Source: an uncultured Planctomycetota bacterium (GTDB lineage Bacteria; Planctomycetota; Planctomycetia; Isosphaerales; Isosphaeraceae). From it: DNA of 64,000 nucleotides. The DNA is taken from contig CAWJTV010000007.1 of the NCBI GenBank assembly GCA_963845755.1, positions 11,925-75,924 on the forward strand. The letters run 5' to 3'. Each line of letters starts with the position of its first letter. Position 1 is the first letter of the stretch. The notes below the pieces were generated by a model. It did no database searches. It was not told where the DNA came from and saw only the letters and a program-made list of their open reading frames with translations. Shown here in pieces: positions 55,388 through 64,000 of this stretch. The position numbers were made by a program, and so were the translations under genes.

Positions 55388-55452
55388 GGCTTCGGTCGAT
55401 CTGACCGAAGTGCGCAAAGACATCCTTGGCTGCGTCGGTCGATCCGACCGAA
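55388..55452 (+). repeat. Double-hairpin REP-like repeat, inverted copy of 34161-34225
   Basis: ggcttcggtcgatctgaccgaagtgcgcaaagacatccttggctgcgtcggtcgatccgaccgaa. Confidence 0.85.
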
Positions 55453-55762
55453 GCGCACAGCGCTGGCTCGGGACCGGCACCGAGCCCTTGCTCCTCAAGC
55501 CTCGCCGAGATCAACCGGGTGATCCAGTGCTCCGGGGAATGCCTTGAGCGTGCAGGGGTCCCTCTGGTTCTGCGGGACAATCCCCCGGATCATCGGGCTG
55601 CCCGGGCCGTCGTCCTTTCACGACCGCCCGATGACGTTGAGGCGGACCGCGCCGCCGGGCTTGTCATCCCGCTCGCGCATCGCGATGAACGTCTCGCGGA
55701 CTCACTCGAACAGGATGGGCGCCGTCCGGTGCGGCCGGCCGGTCGGGCGGCCATCCTCCGTC

Positions 55763-58700
55763 TCAGGGCGTGTCGTGCCGGTCGCCTGTAACGGCTTCCG
55801 GCGGTTGTGCCCTCCGCAGCACAGCACGCAGGGCCGCCTGACGCAGCGACGCGCTCAGCACCCGGTCGGCCCGGAGGGCGGCCACGACCCCGGCCGCGTC
55901 GTGCTTCTGCCGCCATAACGACTCCACCAGTCGTTCGGCCTCGGGCCGCAGGGCCTCGGCCTCGCGTCGCGCCCGGTAGCGCACCTTCAGCGGCTCCGTA
56001 TCCCAGAGGCGGACCGTGAAGTCGCCCGAGCCGGACGCCAGCGTGGTGCCGTCGGGGCTGAAGGCCAGCGACCAGACGTAGCTGGTGTGGCCCTGGAGCC
56101 GCGCCACTTCCTCGCCCCGCGCCAGGTCCCAGAGCCAGACCGCCCGGTCACGGCCGGCCGACACCAGGCGCGTGCCGTCGGGGTGGAATGCCGTCGCGAA
56201 GACATCGTCGGTGTGCCGCGCAGCACCACGCACGCGCCGCCGTCGAGCGGCCACAGGCGAACGGTACGGTCCAGGCCGCACGAAGCCAGGAGGCGGCCGT
56301 CGGGACTGAAGGCGGCCGACACGACGTCCTTCTCGTGGCCAGGGAATCGCGCGGACGTCGCGTGCGTCCGCGCATCCAGGAGGAGCACGGTCTTCATATC
56401 CGCGGCCTGGACGGCCAGCCAGCGGCCGTCGGGGCTGTAGGCCAGGACCCCGCCTTGGGCCGAGAACAGTCGCTCGCCGGACGCGATGTCGCAGACGTGC
56501 AGGTGGTGCGTGTTGCTCTGCGGGTCGAGCGCCGTTGCGGCCACTCTCCTCCCGTCCGGGCTGACGGTCAACGACTGGAAATGTTGAGAAGGGACCCGGA
56601 TCTCCTGGCGGAGGCGAGCCGTCGCCACGTCCCAGATCCGCAGCGGGGATCCTCCGTCGCACCCGCTCACCAGCCATCGACCGTCGGGGCCGAAGGCCAG
56701 ACACCGCACGATCCCGGGGTGAGGCAACCTCGCGCACGCGCGCCGGTCGCCGCATCCCACAGGCGCACCGTGCTGTGCCAGTCCCCCGAGGCGATCCAGC
56801 GGCCGTCGGGGCTGTAGGCCACCGGGTAGACGTAGCTGGTGTGGCCGCGCAGGACCGGCAGGGTCGCGTGGGGGTCCACGTCCCAGACCCGCACGGTATC
56901 GTCCCCTGCCCAGCCGAGATTCCGTTCGATACTGAGCGAGGCCAGCCGGCGGCCGTCCGGGGCGAACGCCAACCCGGTCACGCTCCCGGTGTGGCCGTGC
57001 AGGACCGCCACGTCCTGCCGGCCCGTCGCGCGCCACACCCGGACGGTGCGGTCGGTGCCCGCCGAGGCGACCCATCGCCCGTCCGGGCTGTACACGGCGG
57101 CGGCGACCTCGCCGGTGTGGTGGTCGTAAGGCGGCTCGACCTCCCGGCCCGTCGCGACGTCCCACTGGCGCACCGTCCCGTCCGCGGAGGTCGTCACCAG
57201 GCGCCGCGCCGTCCGGCCGGAACGCGGCGCTGAGGAGCTTGCTCGCGTGCCCCCGACACGTGGCGAGCAGGGCGCCGGTGGCCGTGTCCCACAGGCACGC
57301 GCTCTGGTCTTCGCTGACCGAGGCAAGGCGGGTGCCGTCCGGGCTGAAGGTCAAACCCCAGATCAAGCCGTGGTGGCCGTCGCAGATCGTCGTCGGCCGG
57401 CCGGACGTCGCGTCGCCCAGGTAGAGCCGCCACCAATCGCGCTCGGGCTTGATCCACGCGATCCGGGTGCCGTCCGGGCTGAAGGCGAACAAGGACATGG
57501 CTCCCTCGGGGATGTCCGTGCGACCGAGGAGCCGGCCGGCCTCGTCGAGCAGGTCGAAGTTCCCGCCGTCCCAGACGGCGACCCGTAGCCCCCGGCTCGT
57601 CTCCGCGGCCGTCACGGCGCGCCGGACCGCCAGGCGAACCGGTACCGTCGCCGGCTCGCCCCTCTCCACATCCGCGACGCGCAGGCGGTCGCCGTCCAGG
57701 ACCCCGAACCGGATCCCGGCCGGGCCGGGGATCAGGACTCGGCGCTCCCCGACGGGCATCGGGATCACCGACGAGCTGTCGTCGAGCCGGCTGTGCAGGT
57801 GCCACCATTCCCAGCCGCGCAGGTCCTCCGGGGCCTCCTCGAGCTGGTGCGCGGCGTCGGCCACGTCGTGCGTCGACAGGGCCGCGACCGCGGCCGCCAG
57901 CCGGGCGCGGTACTCCTGGAACTGCGCCTTGCGCTTCTCGGCGATGGCCTGTCGGGCGTTATGCTCGGCGCGCGAGGCAAAGCCGACCGAGACGATGGTC
58001 CCCGCCAGCAGGGCGGTGAAGACGCCCAGCACCCCGCCCACCAGGCCCGTGTGCCGGCGGGCGAACTGGCGCAGGTGGTAAGCGCCGACGGCGGCCGCGC
58101 CAGGATCGGCTCATCGGCGAGGAGCCGCCGCAGATCCTCCGCCAGCGCCTCGGCCGTCCGGTAGCGGTGCGCGGGCTCCTTCTCGAGGGCTTTGAGCACG
58201 ATCGTCTCCAGGTCGCGCGGCACCCGCGGCTCGAGCCGCCGCGGCGCGATCGGTGGGGCCGAGGCCGACGCGCGGAGCACCTCCGCCGGGCTCTCGCCCC
58301 GGAACGGGGGCCGCCCGGTCAGGAGTTGATAGAGGATCACTCCCAGGGCGTAAACGTCGACCGCCGGACCCACCTGACCGCTGTCGCCGCCGGCTTGCTC
58401 GGGAGCCATGTACTCGGGGGTGCCCACCGTGAACCCGGTCCGCGTCAGGCCGGCCTGGCCCTGCACCGTCCGGGCCAGGCCGAAGTCGGTGATCTTGGGC
58501 ACAAGCCCGCCGAGCGGGTCGGCCCCGTCGCGGCCCGACCGCACCCCGCCCGAGTCGGCCTCCTCGGCCGGCTGCACCAGGATATTCGCCGGCTTGAGGT
58601 CGCGGTGGATCACCCCCTGCCGGTGCGCCGCGTCGATCGCCCGGGCGAGCGTGCCGACCAGGAGCGCCGCCGCACGGGCCGGCCACGGCGTGCCGTCGAG

Positions 58701-59326
58701 CCGGTCGGCCAGCGTGCCGCCCTCGACCCACTCCATCGCCAGGTACGGCCGGTCCCCCACCTGACCGACCTCATAGACCTGGACGATGTGGGTGTGCCGG
58801 ACCCGGGCGGTGAGCTCCGCCTCGCGCTGGAACCGCAGCCGCTGAGACGCGGAGGCGAACTCGCCGGCTAGCACCATCTTGAGCGCCACCACACGGTTGA
58901 GCTCGCGGTGTCGGGCCTTGTACACCACCCCCATGCCGCCACGGCCCACCTCGCCGAGGAGGTCGTAGGCCCCGACCTGCCAGGTCGGCGGCGTCGGGGG
59001 CGGATCCCGGAGCGGGGTCGTGCGCGATCCCGCCACTGTGCGCTCGGGCGGCCGGGGCGTCAGGCCCTCCCGCCAGTGACCCCGCCGCAAGGCCCGGACG
59101 GCCGACTGGCGAGCGGCGTCCGCCTCGCGGCTGGCCTGGTCCTCGCCGACCGCGTCCCGGAGTCGAGTCACGCGCGTCCCGCGGGGTGAGGTCATCCAGC
59201 GCGGCGCAGCAGGCCGCACATCCGGCCAGGTGGGCGGCGACGCGCTCCTGCTCGGCCGCCTCGACCTGCCCGTGGGAGAAGGGCCAGTTGCTCGGCGGTC
59301 AGGTGGCCGGGGTCGGAGTCGTGCAT
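55763..59326 (-). CDS. Ser/Thr kinase with N-terminal zf-HC2-like motif and WD40 repeats (multiple frameshifts)
   Basis: VAAHLAGCAAC; GRGGMGVVY, HRDLKPANIL, DFGLA, GTPEYMAPEQ; repeated GH...FSPDG..LAS...VR.WD. Confidence 0.9.
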
Positions 59327-59419
59327 CGCGGTCTCTCAAGGGACGTCGGGGAGAACGGGCTCCACTTCTTCTTATAGCGGCGATCGGGCCGGGAACCTTA
59401 CACCATCTGGCAGGGCCGA

Positions 59420-60000
59420 TCAGTCGATCAACCCGGCCGCCTCCTCACGGATCCGCTGCAAGACCCGCGTCTTGGCCACGTAGGCTGCCCCCACGCTCAG
59501 CCCCAGCTCGGCCGCCACCTCGGCGCCGGTGGCGCCGTCGAGGGCCAGCCGGCGGAACGCCCGGAAGGTCTTCGGCTCGAACTCCTGCTCCACCAGGTCG
59601 AGCAGGCAGCGGAGCACGTAGCGATCGTGCTCCTCATCCCAATGGCGGTTCAGGGCGCTATCCGGGTCGGCGACCTGGTTCAAGATCTCGGCCACGCCGC
59701 TACCGCCGCTGACCGGGGCCTCGGGCTCGCGGGCCCGCCAGTAGTCATGGACCCGGTTGGCGGCGATGACGCGGAGCCACGATCGGAAGGCGCCGGGATG
59801 CCCCGGGTGCCGGAACGAGGGGAGGTACTGCACGACCGAGACGAGGATCTCCTGCGTCAGGTCGTCAACATCCCGGGCCGGGACCTCGTGCCGGCTCAGC
59901 CAGTTAACGAGGAACGGCCGGTACAGGTCGGCGAGGTCTTTCCACGACGCCTCATCGCCTCCCTGCGCCGGATCAGGAGACTTTCCCTTGTCGCCGCCAT
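59420..60000 (-). CDS. ECF sigma factor (frameshift near the 5' end)
   Basis: TRESLL.R; W..L..LYRP, DVDDLTQE, GAFRSWLR.IA.N, VA.ELGLSVGAAYVAK.RVL. Confidence 0.88.
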
Positions 60001-60715
60001 CGCGCGACCTCCGGCAGGCCGCCCACCTGCCGCCGCCGTCGGCCAGCCCGGGCTCATCCCGGCGACCGCGTCGGCCACGGGGGCGGCTGGAATTGACTTC
60101 GAGCGGCTCCCGAATCAGGGGAGCACGTGCGAGCCCGGGCGGCCGAACGCCTCGGGTCACCCCCCCTTGGCCCCCGTTCGCAAGGGGGCTAAACGGGAGG
60201 GCGCGACGGTTTCCTTTCCCCCCCTTCGCAAGGAGGGGTTCGGTGCGCGTGTGCAACCCCAACGCGAACCGCTCTCGGTGATCCATCCCAACGGCGAGCG
60301 ATTATAACCCGGGCTGACCCCCATCGCATCCTTCCTGGGCACGAAATGGCCGTGGGGTCGCGCCGCCCGCCCGTCCCGACGCCCCGTCCCCGGCCGGTCT
60401 CCGACCCGCCCGGCTCGCGACGAGTTTTTTTCCGCTTTCTTGGCCAAGTGCTGTAAGGTTCGGGCCGCGATCACCGCTTTCCTCTCTCGTGCGGGTCGAA
60501 CGGACACCGGGCCCGCGACCGGCCCCCGCCGCGGGTGCGGCTCGGCGACCCGGATGGTTCGGCGATCACGGGAGATGTCCGTGCCTGTGGCGGCGCCGGC
60601 CGGATTCACAGAGGCGCCGCGCGGGACCATCAAACCAGGGGTCGAGGCTTGAGGGCCCTTCCCGGACGGTAAGTGCCGTTTCCAACCGATCCAGACACCT
60701 CCCAAGGAGCAACCC

Positions 60716-63700
60716 ATGTCATCACGTCAGCGATTCGCTCGTCCTGTCGTCAAGCGAACAGCCCGGAACTCGCTCCGACCGACGGTCGAGCGCCTGGAAC
60801 TCAATGGCCCTGCCGTCCTCGGCGGCGGTCCCGGCGCTGTGCCCGTCGAGGTCATGGGCCCGAACGGGGGTGGGTCCCCCTCTCGACGTCGGCACCGACG
60901 GGCTACACGGCGCAACAGCTTCAGAACGCCTACGGTTTCAGTCAAGTCAGCTTCGCGGGGCAGAAGGGAGATGGGGCGGGCCAGACCATCGCGCTGGTCG
61001 ATGCCTACGACAACCCGAGCTTCGTGAACTCGACCGATCCCAACTTCGAGACGAGTGCACTGCACATCTTCGATCAGCAGTTCCTCCTGCCCGATCCGCC
61101 GAGCTTCATCAAGGTCAATCAGAACGGCCAGACCACGAATCTGCCCGGCTTGGATCCGATGGGCCGGTGCGGGCGATTGGGAGGCGGAGGAAGTCGCTGG
61201 ACGTCGAGTGGGCCCACGCAATGGCGCCCGCGGCCAACATCGTCCTCGTCGAAAACGATGGCACGTATGGGGGCTTCCTCGCGGCCGAGGCCGAGGCCGG
61301 TAAACTGGCCACGGTGGTCTCGATGAGCTACGGGAGTTCGAGTATCCGAACAGGTGAGCCAGGAAGACCCGATCTTCCAGGTACCGGGAGTCGCTTTCCT
61401 GGCCTCGACGGGAGACCACGGGGCTCCCGGTGGCTATCCCGCTTTCTCGCCGCACGTCGTGGCCGTCGGCGGTACCAGCCTGTACAACCTCGACTCCCAG
61501 GGCGACTACCCGGGGACGGGAACGGATGGCGAAGTCGGCTGGAGCGTAGGAAGCGACTCGTACAACCTCAGCATCGGCGGCGGCGGGGGCATCAGTCGGT
61601 ATGAGCCTGAACCGAGCTATCAGACGTCGTTCCAGTCCACCGGCCAGCGGACGATCCCCGACATCTCCGCTGACGCCGACCCCACACCGGCGTGCCCATC
61701 TACGATCCGTACGACTTCGGCACGACGTGGGGAGTGTACGGCGGCACCAGCCTCGCCTCGCCCCTGATGGCAGGCATGGTCGCCCTGGCCGACCAGGGCC
61801 GTGTCCTCGGCGGCGGCCAGACCTTCAGCTCCGACCAGTTGCTCGCCGCGCTCTACAGCCTCGCGAGCAGCGAGCCCGGCGACTTCCACGACATCCTCCA
61901 CGGCTACAACCGCTTCAATGCCGGCCCGGGCTACGATCTCGTCACGGGGCTGGGCACGCCCAACGGCAGCCAACTCGTCCCCGACCTGGCCTCCTTCGGG
62001 ATGATAGCCGTCCGGCCTTGACGTCGATCACCGTCACTCCCGGCAATCCGTCTGTCGGCGTGGGCCTCACGCAGCGGCTCACCGCCGCGGGCACCTACTC
62101 CGATGGCACGACGCGACGTCACCAATTCGGTGAATTGGGCGTCGGCGACGCCGTCGGTGGCGACGATCGACTCGGCCGGCCTGGCCACGACGGTGGCCGT
62201 CGGCACGAGCGTGATCTCGGCGTCGCTGGCGGGCGTCTCGAGCCCCGGCGTCACCTTGACCAGCTCGCCCACACTATTAGCGATCGTCGTCACTCCCGGC
62301 AACTCGTCCGTCGCCGCAGGCCTCACGGAGCCGTTCACGGCCACGGGCATCTATTTCGACGACGCGACGCACATATCACTGACTGGGTGACCTGGGCGCG
62401 GCGTCGCCGTCGGTGGCAACGATCGAACGGTCCGGCCTGGCCACGACGGTGGCCGTCGGCACGAGCGTGATTCGGCGTCGTGGCGGGCGTTCGAGCCTCG
62501 GCGAACCCTGACCGTCGTCCCCCTCAGCTTCGTGTGAACATACCGCCGATGACGCAACTAACCGCGGCACACGACCAGCCTTCGCGAGGCGATCCTCGCG
62601 GCCAACGCGTTCCCGGGCGACGAGATCACCTTCATCCGAACATTCGCTTCGCCGCAGACCATCACGCTGGCACCGGGCCCGCTCGACGACCGACAACACC
62701 GGTACCGAGACGATCACGGGCCGGATGGCGGCGTGACGGTCAGCGGCGGCGGGAACAGCCGGGCGTTCGTGTTCGACCGGGGCGTCATGCGTCGACCTCG
62801 GGAGTGACGATCCAGGCCGGCAAGGCCGCCGTCTAGGGCGGCGGCCTGTATGACAACGCCGGCACAGTCACTCTGACCAATCGCATCGTCACCGGCAACT
62901 CCGCGGGCCGTGGCGGCGGCCTCTTCGGCCGACAACGGCATGGTCACGTTTACGTATTGCACCGTCAGCGGCAACTCGGCCTCGGGGAACGGCGGCGGCC
63001 TCTAGCTGTCTTCGGCACGGCCACGCTGACCGACTGCACCGTCAGTGACAACTCGGCCTCTGGGAACGGCGGCGGCGTGTACACAACCACGGCACGGCCA
63101 CATTGACCGATTGCATCGTGAGCGGCAACTCCGCTGGCAACGGCGGCGGCCTGAACAACTACGACGGCACGGCCACGCTACCGATTGCACCCTCAGCGGC
63201 AACTCCGCCGCCTTCGGCGGCGGCGTGTAAAACTTCGGCAGGGCCACCCTGACCGATTGCACCCTCAGCGGCAACTCCGCCGGCAACAACGGGGTGGCCT
63301 GTACATTTAGGCGCCCGGCCACGCTGACCAACACGATCGTCGCCGGCAATAGCGGCGATGACATCGAGGGCGGCTACTCGGGCAGCCATAACTTGATCGG
63401 CGGCGACCCGCCGCTCGCCCCGCTGGGCGATTACGGCGGGCCGACCCAGACCATGGCCCTGCTCCCGGCAGCCCCGCCATCGGCACGGGCACGCCACCGC
63501 CGAGTCACCACCATCAGCGCGGTGCCCGCCCGAGTCGCCCCCCGACTCGCGCCTTCCAGACCAACCCGCTGAAGGTCAAGACCACCCGCGACTCCAATGG
63601 CTCGCCCTCGGCCGACCCCGGCCTCGGCCAGGCCGCAACTGGCCAATCCGCCGGCGCCGCCGGGACCGGCGTCATCAGGCTATCACGTTCGACAAGACCG

Positions 63701-64000
63701 TCTTCGCCGCCGCGAAGACGATCGCCCTGGCCGGCGCCCCGCTCGAGCTGAAAAGCGGGACGGAGACGATCGACGGGCGCGGCGGGCTGACGGTCAACCG
63801 CAACGAGGCCAGCCGGGTGTTCCAGATCGAAGGTGGCGTCACCGCGTCGATCTCGGGGCTGACCATCACCGGCGGCAACTCCGCCGGCTTCGGCGGCGGC
63901 CTGTTCATCAGGGCACGGCCACGCTGACCGATTGCACCCTTAGCGGCAACCGGGCCATCACCGGCGCGGGGCTGGACAACGACGCCTCGGCCCGGGCCTA
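60716..64000 (+). CDS. Large secreted S53 (sedolisin) protease with Ig-like (Big_2) and beta-helix repeats; heavily frameshifted, runs off the window
   Basis: RPTVERLE, GAGQTIALVDAYD, SLDVEWAHAMAP, ASTGD, AVGGT, PDISA, GGTSLASP, GYDLVTGLGTP; W.S..PSVATID..GLAT; SGNSA..GGG repeats. Confidence 0.8.

Noticed and set aside
55980..57500. Recurring ccgtcggggctg-type repeats
   Set aside because: They encode WD40 FSPDG motifs

Overview
High-GC (visually ~65-70%) DNA that looks like a planctomycete (Isosphaeraceae-like: LEPR-XLL secreted proteins, ECF-sigma/Ser-Thr-kinase pairs, DUF1580-type HTH). Many genes carry single-base frameshifts, some of them compensating, which most likely reflects long-read assembly error. 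After the end of an oxidoreductase gene and tRNA-Arg(ACG) (240-313), a tyrosine-integrase island begins; no attR was found by eye. The first ~23 kb are the most unusual part. They hold two paralogous Zn-finger proteins that follow Rep_1 motif order but lack the HUH histidines, a DUF1580-type HTH, RecQ between direct repeats, a catalytically degenerate ISKra4-like ORF, and a co-oriented ParB - degenerate helicase - intron-less group II-like reverse transcriptase (VADD) - HIRAN run, with a 17-bp palindrome repeated across the region. Further on are a beta-helix surface protein, ECF/kinase pairs, and a complete IIA group II intron (31506-33943) whose EBS/IBS pairings check out and which sits in one arm of a palindrome that also holds a MITE-like element. 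Then come two TIR-FGE paralogues flanking a DUF72/SRAP/Y-polymerase cassette, a phage/ICE-like gene cluster with two IS insertions that can be removed to restore the frame, and an S53 protease/Ig/beta-helix gene running off the window. No CRISPR array. All family assignments come from motif recognition by eye, not from database searches.
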